A stretch of 61,234 nt of DNA from an uncultured Cellvibrionaceae bacterium (GCA_964641175.1 CAZXLJ010000003.1:1-61234), one strand, 5' to 3'. Shown: positions 9,758 to 19,982, numbered from the stretch's first letter. Notes: a model not told the origin generated them from the sequence alone. Numbers and translations are program-made.

Positions 9758-10315
9758 GTGAAAAGATCTGCACCGCAAAGTTATTCCATCTTTGCCCTGA
9801 TATTTCACTGGTTGACTGTACCCCTGGTACTCGGTCTTTTCGGCCTGGGGCTTTGGATGGATAGTCTGGATTACTACCACGGTTGGTATCAGAAAGCGCC
9901 GGAACTGCATGTGGCTCTTGGAGTGACGTTGGCAGCGCTGATTTTGTGCCGGCTGCTATTTCGCATGTTTAGTCATTTTCCTGACAGCCTCCCTACACAC
10001 GCTCGCTGGGAGCGGATATCGGCTCGGGCCGTGCATTGGCTGCTATATTTGCTGATGGTAGGAATGTTTGTAACGGGATATCTGATCGTAACGGCGGAAG
10101 GGGATCCCTTGTCGGTTTATGGCTGGTTTGAATTTCCTAGCCTGATTTCGTCTGACGGAAATCTCCAGGATCTGGCAGGGGAGATTCACGAATATTCCGC
10201 GTTTGTGCTGATAGGGCTCGTAGTTCTTCATGCACTGGCAGCGTTGAAGCACCATTTTATTGACCGGGATGACACCTTGCGAAGAATTCTGGGCCGACGG
10301 TCGCATCGCGACTGA
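9758..10315 (+). CDS. Cytochrome b561 family protein (CybB-like)
   Basis: 185 aa with a GTG start. Four predicted TM helices with conserved His residues (FHWL..., HWLLYLLM, ...HALAALKHHFIDRDDTLRRI). Confidence 0.85.
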   Translation: MKRSAPQSYSIFALIFHWLTVPLVLGLFGLGLWMDSLDYYHGWYQKAPELHVALGVTLAALILCRLLFRMFSHFPDSLPTHARWERISARAVHWLLYLLMVGMFVTGYLIVTAEGDPLSVYGWFEFPSLISSDGNLQDLAGEIHEYSAFVLIGLVVLHALAALKHHFIDRDDTLRRILGRRSHRD

Positions 10316-10333
10316 ACGACTTCAGCAAACGCA

Positions 10334-10373
10334 CCGGTTACTGCTGAGAGTTGATTTGGTCAGCAGTAACCGG
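10334..10373. terminator. 14-bp perfect stem-loop between convergent genes (candidate bidirectional terminator)
   Basis: CCGGTTACTGCTGA (10334-10347) pairs with TCAGCAGTAACCGG (10360-10373) across a 12-nt loop. There is no strong T-run on either side. Confidence 0.5.
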
Positions 10374-10443
10374 GCTGGTACAGCGGAATAAAAGATCCTG
10401 TCATACCCCCGACACCGGGGATACAGTTAGATAGTCTTTATTT

Positions 10444-11334
10444 CTACCGAGCACCGACAGGTTTGCGGAACAGCAGAGTCATGCGATCCGACTCTCCAAC
10501 TGCAAGGTATTGGTTCTGAAGGAGCGGGTTGTCTTTGCTGTCTGCCAGTGAAGGCGGCAGCCGCCAGACGGAGTCCGACTCGGTGGGCTTGTCTTTGGCG
10601 TTGCGATTAACCGTTGAACTGTTCACGAATTCGAACCCGGCATTTTCCATTGCCGCCTTTATTTGGTCCTCACGCATGTAGCCGCGGCTACCATCTGACC
10701 AGGCATCGGAAGCAGTGTCCGGAGCTCGGTGCTGTACTATGCCCACAGTGCCGCCGGGTTTCAGAAGGTCATAGGAGGATTTCAAGGCGGATGACATATA
10801 GCCACCTGCTGACTCAAATCGTGCCAGGCCGTGCAATGCCCGAATAAAAAGCACACTGTCAGCGGTTCCATTCAGAGAGTCGGGGATAGCATCAAGACTG
10901 TATGCCACCATGTTGGCTGCCGAAGAGCCGCCCCATTCAGAGCGTCGGCCGGTCCACTCTTGGGGCCACGACTTACGCTTCTCGATGAAGTCAGGTGTTG
11001 CCCAGTCAAAATGCGAAAGCATCGGAGCCGGGTAATCCAGGCCGATTAAAGTACCTTTGTTTCCTAAATAAGGAGCCAGAATCTGGGTATACCAACCTTC
11101 ACCGGGCATGACTTCTACAACAGTCATGCCTGGTTCAATTCCGAAGAAAGTGAGGGTGTCGGCGGGGTTGCGATAGGGGTAACGAGCTTTGGTTTCATCT
11201 GACTGACTGTCGAGTACTTCCTGCAACCGTACCTGGTGCTTCAGTGTTCCGTCCGCGGAGTTATGCGTCGATGAAGTGCTGCTACAGCCGGCACCGATCA
11301 CCACGGACATAGCCAAAAGAATGGCGTGTTTCAT
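10444..11334 (-). CDS. Predicted SAM-dependent methyltransferase-like lipoprotein (COG4798-like)
   Basis: 296 aa. Lipobox signal peptide (LAMSVVIGAGCSS) and a VVEVMPGEGWYT class-I MTase-like glycine motif. Confidence 0.6.
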   Translation of the reverse strand: MKHAILLAMSVVIGAGCSSTSSTHNSADGTLKHQVRLQEVLDSQSDETKARYPYRNPADTLTFFGIEPGMTVVEVMPGEGWYTQILAPYLGNKGTLIGLDYPAPMLSHFDWATPDFIEKRKSWPQEWTGRRSEWGGSSAANMVAYSLDAIPDSLNGTADSVLFIRALHGLARFESAGGYMSSALKSSYDLLKPGGTVGIVQHRAPDTASDAWSDGSRGYMREDQIKAAMENAGFEFVNSSTVNRNAKDKPTESDSVWRLPPSLADSKDNPLLQNQYLAVGESDRMTLLFRKPVGAR

Positions 11335-11531
11335 ATGTTGACCTCGGAAAAGTGATTACTTTTATATGAGTTTGTTACTATTCGCACTGTTTTGAAATCG
11401 CAGCGCCGGAGAGTTTAAACGAATTTGGCCTGAGAATCCGGTTTGAGTCCGCTCGACCCGGGAGCATTCCGTCGCGACAGCTTTCTGTGGCGAATCCGCG
11501 ACAGCACCATTACCTAATCTGGTTTCACTCT

Positions 11532-11942
11532 ATGGTCAAACGTATTGTTGTACTTGCGATATTGATGGTTAGCGGCTGTTCGAGTATCAAAGCGCCAAGG
11601 GCGCCCGATCGCATGCTGGTCGCTAACCCATCAGGCATGACCCCCATTCACTTCGTTGTTCCCGAATATCCAGACAAAGCGCGGCAGGAAAAGATCGAAG
11701 GCTGGGCACTGGTGGAGTTCACGGTGGCGGAAGATGGCCGGCCTGAAAATATTCAGATTATCGGCAGTGAACCCGGCACTGTATTTGACCAGTCTGCCAT
11801 TGAAGCTGCCAACCAGCTCGTTTATGTGCCCCTGATAAAAAACGGGCAGCTGGTTGCAGTAACTGGGGTGCAGTACCGCTACATCTTCGATTTGATCGGG
11901 CCCAATGAAGTACCGGTTACGACCCCACAGGTTGTCGAATAG
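11532..11942 (+). CDS. TonB C-terminal domain-containing lipoprotein
   Basis: Start taken at ATG 11532 (MVKRIVVLAILMVSGCSS lipobox). PEYPDKARQEKIEGWALVEFTVAEDGRPENIQII... is a typical TonB_C fold signature. Confidence 0.7.
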   Translation: MVKRIVVLAILMVSGCSSIKAPRAPDRMLVANPSGMTPIHFVVPEYPDKARQEKIEGWALVEFTVAEDGRPENIQIIGSEPGTVFDQSAIEAANQLVYVPLIKNGQLVAVTGVQYRYIFDLIGPNEVPVTTPQVVE

Positions 11943-11983
11943 TGGGACGGCAAGACTTGATGAGCAAAATTGGCGGAACTGAT

Positions 11984-12520
11984 ATGAGCAAGAACTTCGC
12001 GGGGCTGCTGTTGGCGGCCATAACTTTTTTCTGGGGCACTTTCGCCATGGCTCAAATGGCATCCTCCAAAAGAGCAAAAGGACCTGAGGTATTTCAACAG
12101 ATGGCACGTTATGAAGGTCAGTGGAAAGTCTCTGGCAACCAGAACCAGGATTTGAGCATCACGTTCGACGTTGCGGCCAATGACACCGTACTGGTTGAAA
12201 CCTGGCGATACAAGGGCAAGACGCACGCGTTAACCCTGTACACACTTAATCAGGACCAGTTGATGGCGACCCATTATTGCCCGCACGGGAACCAGCCAAC
12301 TCTGGTCATGAATTCTGATGTGAAAAAAAATCTTATTAATTTCAAGTTTCAGAGCGCCGCAGGTCTGTCCGATGTCGACAAGGCATACCTGCGGCAGCTC
12401 TCCTTTGAACTTGACGGTACCGAAAAGCTCAAGCGGAGTGAGGTCTACGCAACACCTGCCGGGGACAAGTCCAGTCAACTGGTGCTCGAACGGTTGAGCG
12501 CGCCGGCGCCTGGAGCCTGA
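11984..12520 (+). CDS. Hypothetical secreted protein
   Basis: ORF 11942..12520. ATG 11984 gives a signal peptide (MSKNFAGLLLAAITFFWGTFAMAQ). No family recognised. Confidence 0.5.
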   Translation: MSKNFAGLLLAAITFFWGTFAMAQMASSKRAKGPEVFQQMARYEGQWKVSGNQNQDLSITFDVAANDTVLVETWRYKGKTHALTLYTLNQDQLMATHYCPHGNQPTLVMNSDVKKNLINFKFQSAAGLSDVDKAYLRQLSFELDGTEKLKRSEVYATPAGDKSSQLVLERLSAPAPGA

Positions 12521-12657
12521 GGAACCACCAGGCTTCCATGAAGAATTCAGGAGGTGGTTAATGAGACTATTACCCGCCGCTCTCCGACCGCTCGATTTGA
12601 CCCTTCGTAGTGCACGGGATAAGCTTGGCGCCTTTGGAATCCTAAGATCAGACACAC

Positions 12658-13161
12658 ATGGACAGCGCAGACTTCAGCTCCGTTTCGAACCTGATCACAG
12701 CCGCCCGGGCGGGCCACTTTAACGGGTGGCACTGGCTGATTCTGGGACTGCTGTGTCTGCTTCTATCGCGTTGGATGCTGGCAGTTTCACTGTCTGCCCT
12801 GGCCGCGGCATCGCTAGTGGTGGCCTTATTTCTTTCCTTTTATCCAATTTCGACGACGCTCCAGGTGGTCGGCGCGATGGTTGTCTTGCCACTCGCGTTT
12901 TTTTTAATCTGGTGGCGGGGTCGCGTGGCGCGACCCGGTAATGCCACCAGGCGGATCAAACGTAAAAAGAGCCAGTTGATAGGCCTTAGGGTGTCGGTTG
13001 CCAAGCGGTTGGGCATGGGGCGCGGAAAGGCTCAGCTAAATGATGCGGTCTGGATCATACTGTGTAGTGAGGACTTCAAGGAAGGCGACATTGTAGAAGT
13101 CTCCGGGTACACCGGTGACATGCTGCAGGTACGACCCTTGAAGGACAGCGACTCCCGGTGA
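12658..13161 (+). CDS. NfeD-like membrane protein (C-terminal OB-fold)
   Basis: 167 aa. Two to three TM helices, then GKAQLNDAVWIILCSEDFKEGDIVEVSGYTGDMLQVRPL, resembling the NfeD C-terminal beta-barrel. An in-frame stop at 12643 prevents any upstream extension. Confidence 0.55.
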   Translation: MDSADFSSVSNLITAARAGHFNGWHWLILGLLCLLLSRWMLAVSLSALAAASLVVALFLSFYPISTTLQVVGAMVVLPLAFFLIWWRGRVARPGNATRRIKRKKSQLIGLRVSVAKRLGMGRGKAQLNDAVWIILCSEDFKEGDIVEVSGYTGDMLQVRPLKDSDSR

Positions 13162-13195
13162 GCCCTTTGTCTTCCCATAATCGTTACGGCGGGTT

Positions 13196-14347
13196 ATGTC
13201 CGTTAATGCTCTGATACTATCCGGGGGCGGTGCGAGAGCGGCCTATCAGGTCGGCGTACTGCAAGCGCTGGTGGACATCGTCCCGAATCAGCCCAACCCC
13301 TTTCCCATCATCTGCGGAACCTCTGCGGGTGCGATCAATGCAACTTCTCTGGCGGCTTACGACGGCCATTTCAGTAATGCGGTGCATCATTTGGCCGGCA
13401 TCTGGCAGTCCCTCGAGATCGACTCAGTGTTCAAAACCGGATGGAGCCCATTAAGTGGTAGCCTCGCAAAACTCGGGCTGTCCTTGTTGAACGAGGGCGT
13501 CAGTCGGGGACGGCCTTTATCCTTGCTGGACAATTCGCCATTAAAAACATTGCTGCAGAAAACGATTGAGTTCCCCAACATCGCGCGCCGGATCGAGCAG
13601 GGCGATCTGCGTGCCCTCTGTATCACAGCCATGGGATACAGTTCCGGCGATTCGGTCAGCTTTTTTCAAAGCCAGGCCGGTCAGGCGGAATGGCGTCGCG
13701 CTCGCCGCGTCGGTACACCGGACACCATTGATGTAAATCATTTGCTCGCATCGTCGGCAATTCCGACCATCTTCCCCGCAGTGCAGATTGGACGTGAATA
13801 TTTTGGAGATGGCGCCATGCGTCAGATGGCGCCTATCAGCCCGGCACTTCACCTCGGCGCCAGCCGCTTGTTTGTTATTGGAGTGAGCAGCAACCGAAGC
13901 CCGCGCAGAAATATCCGCCGATCAGTGACCGCCAAACATTCGCCGTCAATGGCGCAGATCATTGGACAGATGTTCAACAGTGCCTTCATTGACGCACTGG
14001 AAGGCGATCTTGAACACATCGAGCGAGTCAACGCGCTTTTGGCATTGGTTGGTTCAAAGCGTTGCGAAAAAACCCAGCATCTGAGGTTGGTGGATACTTT
14101 GGTCATTTCACCTTCCCGGCCACTCGACAAGATTGCCGGTCGCCTGGTTCGAAATCTGCCACCAAGTCTGCGGTTTTTCCTGCGCAGTACGGGCGCCACT
14201 ACCAGTGGGGGAGGAGCCGCAGTCGCCAGCTATCTGCTCTTTTCACATGAGTACTGCAAGGAATTGATAGAGCTGGGTTATCAGGATGCCATGTGGGAGC
14301 GCACCGCAATCGAAGATTTTTTCATTCGGGAAAAAAAAGCGGGGTAA
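13196..14347 (+). CDS. Patatin-like phospholipase family protein
   Basis: LSGGGARAAYQVGVL oxyanion motif, GTSAGAINA nucleophile elbow (GxSxG) and a DGA(M) catalytic Asp motif. Confidence 0.9.
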   Translation: MSVNALILSGGGARAAYQVGVLQALVDIVPNQPNPFPIICGTSAGAINATSLAAYDGHFSNAVHHLAGIWQSLEIDSVFKTGWSPLSGSLAKLGLSLLNEGVSRGRPLSLLDNSPLKTLLQKTIEFPNIARRIEQGDLRALCITAMGYSSGDSVSFFQSQAGQAEWRRARRVGTPDTIDVNHLLASSAIPTIFPAVQIGREYFGDGAMRQMAPISPALHLGASRLFVIGVSSNRSPRRNIRRSVTAKHSPSMAQIIGQMFNSAFIDALEGDLEHIERVNALLALVGSKRCEKTQHLRLVDTLVISPSRPLDKIAGRLVRNLPPSLRFFLRSTGATTSGGGAAVASYLLFSHEYCKELIELGYQDAMWERTAIEDFFIREKKAG

Positions 14348-14398
14348 ACTGTCGCCCGTCTTGAATTCACAAAACAACAAACCAACCCGGGGGCTGCT

Positions 14399-15661
14399 GT
14401 GAGAGTTGTTACATCGTTCTTTGTTCTACTTATCTTCTTGCTTGTCGGAGCGGCGGTAGGGGGTTTGTTCCTTCCTGCAACCACTCAGGTTGAGCGGTCG
14501 GTCATATTGAACAGCGATCAGGCCACAGTATTCGATTATGTAAATAACCTGCAGAATTTCCGGCAGTGGTCGCCCTGGTCAAGAAAAGATCCTGACATGG
14601 CGGTAAACGACGATGGCTCGGAAGAGGGAATCGGCGCAAGCATGCAATGGTCCAGCGAAGAGCCGGAAATTGCCAGTGGACGCATGTCAATCACCAGCTC
14701 CGTACCTTTCGAGCACGTCAAGGCCGAGTTGGACTTCGGAGCGATGGGCACCGCGGAATCCTATTTCGATCTCATGCCCGAAGATGCAGGTACCCGGCTT
14801 GTCTGGGGGCTTCAGAAAGATCACGGAATGAACGTTTTCAGCCGGTACGTTGGCCTGCTGATGGACCGTTGGATTGGGCCGGATTACGAAGAGGGCTTGC
14901 AAAACCTGAAGCAGCTTGTGGATGCACTGCCCAGAATCTACAGCCGCGAAATCAAATACACCATAGAGGACACTGAATTTACCGGTTACGTGGCCTACCC
15001 CAGAGGTGCTCAGAACCTGCCGGGCGTTCTGGTGGTGCACGAATGGTGGGGTCATAATGACTATGTGCGCAAACGGGCCGACATGCTCGCGGAGCTGGGA
15101 TACGCAGCCTTTGCCATCGATATGTATGGAGATGGCAAAGTGGCGGAGCATCCCAAGCAGGCTACTGAATTCATGACCGAAGTGGCATCCCAGCAGGTTG
15201 TTGCCCTCCAGCGTTTCAATACTGCGCTTAGTCTGCTCAAAGAGCTCCCCGTGACTGATCCGGAAAAAACGGCTGCCATCGGATACTGCTTTGGCGGTGC
15301 CGTGGTGTTAAGTATGGCCAGAATGGGCGTGGATCTCGACGGCGTTGTCAGCTTTCATGGTGCCCTGCAGAACCTGCCCCCCATCGGCGAAAGTGTCAGC
15401 GCACAGTTTCTGGTGCTTAATGGCGCAGATGATCCGATGGTCCCCCCGGAGCAAAAAGATCAGTTTCAGGCTGAGATGAAAGCAGCAGGTCTAAAGCATG
15501 AATTTATCGACTATCCAGGTGTGACTCATGCTTTCACAAATCCGGACGCGACTGAAAAAGGGAAAGAATTTAACCTGCCTTTACGTTATGACGCCAATGC
15601 CGATACCGATTCATGGCGCCGAATGACAGAATTTCTAAAGCGCTTATACGGGAACAGCTGA
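14399..15661 (+). CDS. SRPBCC-like N-terminal domain fused to dienelactone hydrolase family domain
   Basis: 420 aa, GTG start, N-terminal TM/signal segment. The first ~170 aa are SRPBCC/polyketide-cyclase-like. The C-terminal part has VVHEWWGHNDYV, GYCFGG (nucleophile Cys) and a late H, typical of DLH. Confidence 0.75.
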   Translation: MRVVTSFFVLLIFLLVGAAVGGLFLPATTQVERSVILNSDQATVFDYVNNLQNFRQWSPWSRKDPDMAVNDDGSEEGIGASMQWSSEEPEIASGRMSITSSVPFEHVKAELDFGAMGTAESYFDLMPEDAGTRLVWGLQKDHGMNVFSRYVGLLMDRWIGPDYEEGLQNLKQLVDALPRIYSREIKYTIEDTEFTGYVAYPRGAQNLPGVLVVHEWWGHNDYVRKRADMLAELGYAAFAIDMYGDGKVAEHPKQATEFMTEVASQQVVALQRFNTALSLLKELPVTDPEKTAAIGYCFGGAVVLSMARMGVDLDGVVSFHGALQNLPPIGESVSAQFLVLNGADDPMVPPEQKDQFQAEMKAAGLKHEFIDYPGVTHAFTNPDATEKGKEFNLPLRYDANADTDSWRRMTEFLKRLYGNS

Positions 15662-15678
15662 TCAGGAAGTCTTTGACC

Positions 15679-15715
15679 CAGGCTCTCTACCCTTTCAGGA
15701 GGGCCAGAGAGCCTG
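15679..15715. terminator. Stem-loop between convergent genes
   Basis: CAGGCTCTCT (15679-15688) pairs with AGAGAGCCTG (15706-15715) across a 17-nt loop. Confidence 0.4.
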
Positions 15716-15750
15716 AGAACGGTTGCGATCGGGATTAGTGTTCTGCTTAT

Positions 15751-16212
15751 TTAATGACGGGTATTAAGTTTCAAGACACTTTTTAAATGTGCTCGCATTT
15801 CCTCGAGGGACAGCCCCGCCAGATCTTTATCGAGCTCAGCACAGATTTTTTTCTGAACACCAGTGGAGACCTTCTTCCTCAGGGTACCAAGGGCTTTAGG
15901 GGCTGCCGCCACTACCAGCTGATCGAATTCCGTAACGTGAGTATCAAGGAACTCCGATACTTTGCCGAGAAAGCGGGCTTCCTCAAACTCATGGGGATCA
16001 GAACTGAATTCCTTGGCTCCGCCTTGACTTCTGCCAGTGCCCGAATATCCGCGACCTCGATTATCGCTGGCGATTTCCCGTGAGGGCAAATTGGGCTGGG
16101 AAAACTCTCCATCCGGAACCATTACCAGTGGCTGATCCGGTCCGTGGTATTCCATCACGCGGGCTTTTGCGCCGTCGGCAACTACTATCCAGGTTTGATT
16201 GTCAGTATTCAT
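15751..16212 (-). CDS. Host attachment protein family protein
   Basis: ORF 15751..16323. I prefer internal Met at 16212 (MNTDNQTWIVVADGAKARVMEY...), the typical N-terminus of this family. Confidence 0.65.
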   Translation of the reverse strand: MNTDNQTWIVVADGAKARVMEYHGPDQPLVMVPDGEFSQPNLPSREIASDNRGRGYSGTGRSQGGAKEFSSDPHEFEEARFLGKVSEFLDTHVTEFDQLVVAAAPKALGTLRKKVSTGVQKKICAELDKDLAGLSLEEMRAHLKSVLKLNTRH

Positions 16213-16416
16213 GGTCAGCTCCTGTCTTCTTATGCGGTTTTTAAGCGCCGTTTGGGTCTTACGGTAGTCCACCGAATTGGCAGCACAATCCGTACCCAAG
16301 ACCGAAGCTGTTCGGACAGGCATGGTTTGGAAGACATGGAACCTGAGGGCCGGGTTTAAAATGCAGCACTTACAAGCCTGCGTAGGGTTTACAGGCAGCC
16401 CGGTTAACTTGATAAC

Positions 16417-16452
16417 TGAAACGGTTATGGCTGAACGCCATAAACCGTTTCA
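16417..16452 (-). terminator. Hairpin immediately downstream of acnB
   Basis: GAAACGGTTATGGC / GCCATAAACCGTTTC, about 14 bp with a one-base bulge and a 5-nt loop, 15 nt after the acnB stop. Weak T-run. Confidence 0.5.
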
Positions 16453-16466
16453 ATGATGGCACAGGC

Positions 16467-19082
16467 CTAAAGGCGGACGTCTTCGACCTGAGTTACGGCA
16501 ATTCTCTTTCCTTTCTCGGCACCTTCAACAAACGAGGCGAGTTGATCGAAATTCATGTACCTGAATATCTCGTCGCTCATGGACTCGATTTCATTTGCAT
16601 ACTGAAGGTACTCCTCCGGCTGGGGCAGACGGCCCAGAATGCCACCAATCGCCGCCAGCTCGGCCGATGTAAGATAGACGTTTGCGCCATTGCCGAGGCG
16701 ATTGGGGAAGTTGCGGGTGGAGGTGGAAAGAACCGTCGCGCCGTCAGCGACCCTTGCCTGGTTCCCCATGCACAAGGAGCAGCCCGGCATTTCTGTCCTG
16801 ACCCCGTTGCGGCCATAGATGTTGTAATAGCCTTCTTCCATGAGCGTATGCTGGTCCATCTTTGTCGGTGGAGAGATCCAGAATCGAGTCTTGAGGCCGG
16901 CTGTATTCTTCTCCAGCAATTTTCCAGCAGCGCGGAAATGTCCAATGTTGGTCATACAGGAACCGATGAAGACTTCGTCGACCTTGTCACCTGCGACCTG
17001 GCTGAGAAGGCGGGCGTCGTCAGGATCATTAGGCGCGCAGACAATCGGTTCCCGGATCGCCGACATGTCAATTTCAAGTATTGCGGTGTATTCGGCATCC
17101 GCGTCCGCCTGGAGCAGGTTCGGATTGGCCAGCCATTCCTCCATTTTCAATGCCCGGCGCTCCAGTGTCCGCGGATCCCCGTAGCCCTCACTGATCATCC
17201 AGCGAAGTAGCGTAATGTTTGACCTGAGGTATTTGGCAATGGTTTGTTCAGACAGCTTGATGGTGCAACCAGCCGCCGAACGTTCGGCAGAAGCATCGGA
17301 CAATTCGAAAGCTTGCTCGACGGTCAGATTCTCCAGTCCTTCGATTTCAAGAATGCGGCCAGAAAAAATGTTTTTCTTGCCTTTCTTCTCAACCGTCAAC
17401 AGGCCCTGCTGGATGGCGTAATAGGGAATTGCATGAACGAGATCACGCAAGGTGATGCCAGGTTGCATCTGTCCGCGGAAGCGTACCAACACTGATTCCG
17501 GCATATCCAGAGGCATTACACCTGTCGCAGCGGCGAAAGCCACCAATCCGGAACCTGCAGGAAAAGAGATTCCCATCGGGAACCGAGTATGGCTGTCGCC
17601 CCCTGTGCCGACCGTGTCGGGAAGCAACATGCGGTTGAGCCAGCTATGGATGATGCCGTCGCCTGGGCGCAGGGAAACCCCGCCGCGGGTCATGATGAAA
17701 TCGGGCAGCGTGTGCTGGGTATCAATATCGACGGGCTTGGGATAGGCGGCTGTATGGCAGAATGACTGCATGACCAGGTCCGCTGAGAAACCGAGGCAGG
17801 CCAGGTCTTTCAGTTCGTCGCGTGTCATGGGGCCGGTTGTATCCTGCGATCCGACCGTTGTCATTGCCGGTTCGCAATAAGTACCCGGCCGTATTCCGTC
17901 AACCCCACAGGCACGACCCACCATTTTCTGAGCGAGGGTATAACCCTTGCCAGAATCCGCGGGTGCCTGCGGCGTCCGGAAGAGCGTTGAAGGCGGCAAA
18001 CCCAATGTCTCACGAGCCTTTGCGGTCAGTCCACGCCCAATAATCAGGTTGATACGGCCGCCTGCACGCACTTCATCCAGCAGCACATCCGACTTGAGCT
18101 GGAACTCACTCACTGTTTCGCCTGACTGGTCAACAATCAAACCGTCGTAGGGACGTATCTCGATGATGTCGCCCATGGCCAATTTCTCCACAGGGGCTTC
18201 AAAAACCAGAGCGCCGGCATCCTCCATGGTGTTGTAGAAGATTGGCGCGACTTTACCGCCGATGCAGATGCCACCCCCGCGTTTGTTTGGAACGCCCGGC
18301 ATGTCATCGCCAAAGAACCACAAAACAGAATTGGTCGCCGATTTTCGTGATGATCCGGTGCCAACCACATCGCCCACGAAAGCTACGGGCACGCCGAGTG
18401 AGCGAACAGAATCGATCTGGCTCATCGGTCCTCGTGCGCCTGGCTCTTCCGGGTTAAGCCCTTCGCGTGGCATCTTGTACATGGCTAAAGCATGCAGGGG
18501 GATGTCTGGTCGGCTCCAGGCGTCCGGTGCAGGTGACAGGTCATCTGTATTGGTTTCACCGGTCACCTTGAACACAGCAACCCTGATGGAACGCGGCACC
18601 TCCGGGCGGCTGGTGAACCATTCCGCGTCGGCCCAGCTTTGCAAGAGTGACTGGGCTTGGCGGTTACCCAGTTTGGCCTTGCTGGCGACATCGTGAAAAG
18701 AGTCAAACATCAACAAGGTATGCTTCAATTCTGTGGTGGCAAGCCCCGCCAGATCCTCATCGTCCAGAAGTTCCACCAGCGTTTCGATGTTGTAACCCCC
18801 GTGCATGTTCCCGAGGAGCTTGATCGCGAGTGGGGCGTCAATGACCGGTGACTCTGCTTGTCCCTTGATCAGCGCAGTCAGAAAGGCCGCCTTTACATAC
18901 GCGGCCTCATCCACTCCCGGCGGAACCCGCTCGGATAACAGCTCCACCAGGGTCGATTCTTCTCCGGCCGGGGGAGCTTTCAGTAATTCAACGAGCTGCT
19001 GAACTTGATCGGCGGTCAATGGTTTGGGTGGAATACCTTGAGATGCACGTTCCGCGACGTGTTCACGATAAGCGTCAAGCAC
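16467..19082 (-). CDS. acnB: Bifunctional aconitate hydratase 2 / 2-methylisocitrate dehydratase
   Basis: 871 aa. N-terminal [26 protein letters not shown]-like domain, then swivel and catalytic domains with Fe-S cysteines (...IGSCMTN..., GCSLCMGNQ). Collinear with E. coli AcnB. Confidence 0.97.
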   Translation of the reverse strand: MLDAYREHVAERASQGIPPKPLTADQVQQLVELLKAPPAGEESTLVELLSERVPPGVDEAAYVKAAFLTALIKGQAESPVIDAPLAIKLLGNMHGGYNIETLVELLDDEDLAGLATTELKHTLLMFDSFHDVASKAKLGNRQAQSLLQSWADAEWFTSRPEVPRSIRVAVFKVTGETNTDDLSPAPDAWSRPDIPLHALAMYKMPREGLNPEEPGARGPMSQIDSVRSLGVPVAFVGDVVGTGSSRKSATNSVLWFFGDDMPGVPNKRGGGICIGGKVAPIFYNTMEDAGALVFEAPVEKLAMGDIIEIRPYDGLIVDQSGETVSEFQLKSDVLLDEVRAGGRINLIIGRGLTAKARETLGLPPSTLFRTPQAPADSGKGYTLAQKMVGRACGVDGIRPGTYCEPAMTTVGSQDTTGPMTRDELKDLACLGFSADLVMQSFCHTAAYPKPVDIDTQHTLPDFIMTRGGVSLRPGDGIIHSWLNRMLLPDTVGTGGDSHTRFPMGISFPAGSGLVAFAAATGVMPLDMPESVLVRFRGQMQPGITLRDLVHAIPYYAIQQGLLTVEKKGKKNIFSGRILEIEGLENLTVEQAFELSDASAERSAAGCTIKLSEQTIAKYLRSNITLLRWMISEGYGDPRTLERRALKMEEWLANPNLLQADADAEYTAILEIDMSAIREPIVCAPNDPDDARLLSQVAGDKVDEVFIGSCMTNIGHFRAAGKLLEKNTAGLKTRFWISPPTKMDQHTLMEEGYYNIYGRNGVRTEMPGCSLCMGNQARVADGATVLSTSTRNFPNRLGNGANVYLTSAELAAIGGILGRLPQPEEYLQYANEIESMSDEIFRYMNFDQLASFVEGAEKGKRIAVTQVEDVRL

Positions 19083-19538
19083 AGAAAAATCCTCGTTAAA
19101 TGGTTACTTTCGGCAATTACACCGAGGTGGGTCGGCGGGCTGAGATACCGGCATATAGCCACGGCCGGGGTCGACACCCCTGAAAGTCTATAGGGGCTGA
19201 AGTAAACGTGCCGACCGTCGGATGCCTTTCGAACCGAAGGTGTTTTCAAACAATGGGAATGGCGAAAATCGCGTTCGGTCCGGTCTTGATGTGGTCCGGC
19301 CTGCGCGCTGGAGATGCTCGCAAGCGGTTTCCGCATCGTCTGAAAATCGGGCGGGAATTCTACACCAAGGTGCGCGAAGTGTTAAGGAAAGGCCACAACT
19401 ATTCGAAAGTCGATGACGGCCGGTAACTGACTTGACGACGGCCAGAAGTTGAAGGTGGACGGCGCCTGATAGAGGTGAATCTTTTCGGTCATCAGCAAAT
19501 CTGCTAAGGTGCGCAGCCTCGAAAACTGAGGAGGTCAG

Positions 19539-19982
19539 GTGGCACGGCGAAAGACACCATGTATCGGCGTTTGCTCCACCGGAATCGGCGACAGTGTTTG
19601 TCGCGGTTGTAAGCGTTTTGCGCACGAGATAATTCGCTGGAACGGTTACGACGATGTAGAGCGGGATGTCATATTGAGCCGCATCGAAGTGCTCCTCGAT
19701 CAGATAATCAGCTCGCGAATTCGGGTAGTCGATCCTGACATGCTGCGAAAACAGGCACGCGCGCACCAGCTGAATTGCGATTTGTCCAGTACTGACTCAT
19801 GGATTGTTTACGAAATCCTTCGACGTCTGGGTAAAAGCCTGCCCAGTCTTGGTGCGATTGGGTGTGAGGCGCTGCCGCCATGGAACCGGCTTTCTACAGA
19901 TGAATTGCGAGCGGAAGTCGAAACGAGCTTTTATCAGATTTCGTGTGCTCACTATGAGCGTTTTTTCCCGGGGCACCTTTGA
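19539..19982 (+). CDS. DUF1289 domain-containing protein
   Basis: GTG start. N-terminal PCIGVCSTGIGDSVCRGCKR cysteine motif typical of DUF1289/YdhL, with a longer C-terminal extension (147 aa in total). Confidence 0.7.
   Translation: MARRKTPCIGVCSTGIGDSVCRGCKRFAHEIIRWNGYDDVERDVILSRIEVLLDQIISSRIRVVDPDMLRKQARAHQLNCDLSSTDSWIVYEILRRLGKSLPSLGAIGCEALPPWNRLSTDELRAEVETSFYQISCAHYERFFPGHL

Noticed and set aside
13196-14347. Patatin-like phospholipase as a possible CBASS/defence effector.
   Set aside because: No cyclase (CD-NTase), sensor, or other defence-associated gene is adjacent. The context is housekeeping genes, and the protein looks like the common RssA-type patatin.
19188-19766. A 192-aa minus-strand ORF spanning the acnB upstream region and the start of the DUF1289 gene, plus a 55-72-aa basic ORF at 19208..19426 (+).
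   Set aside because: There is no convincing RBS and the composition is not protein-like. The first overlaps a gene with a clear DUF1289 Cys motif on the other strand. The region is better read as the long acnB promoter/5' leader.
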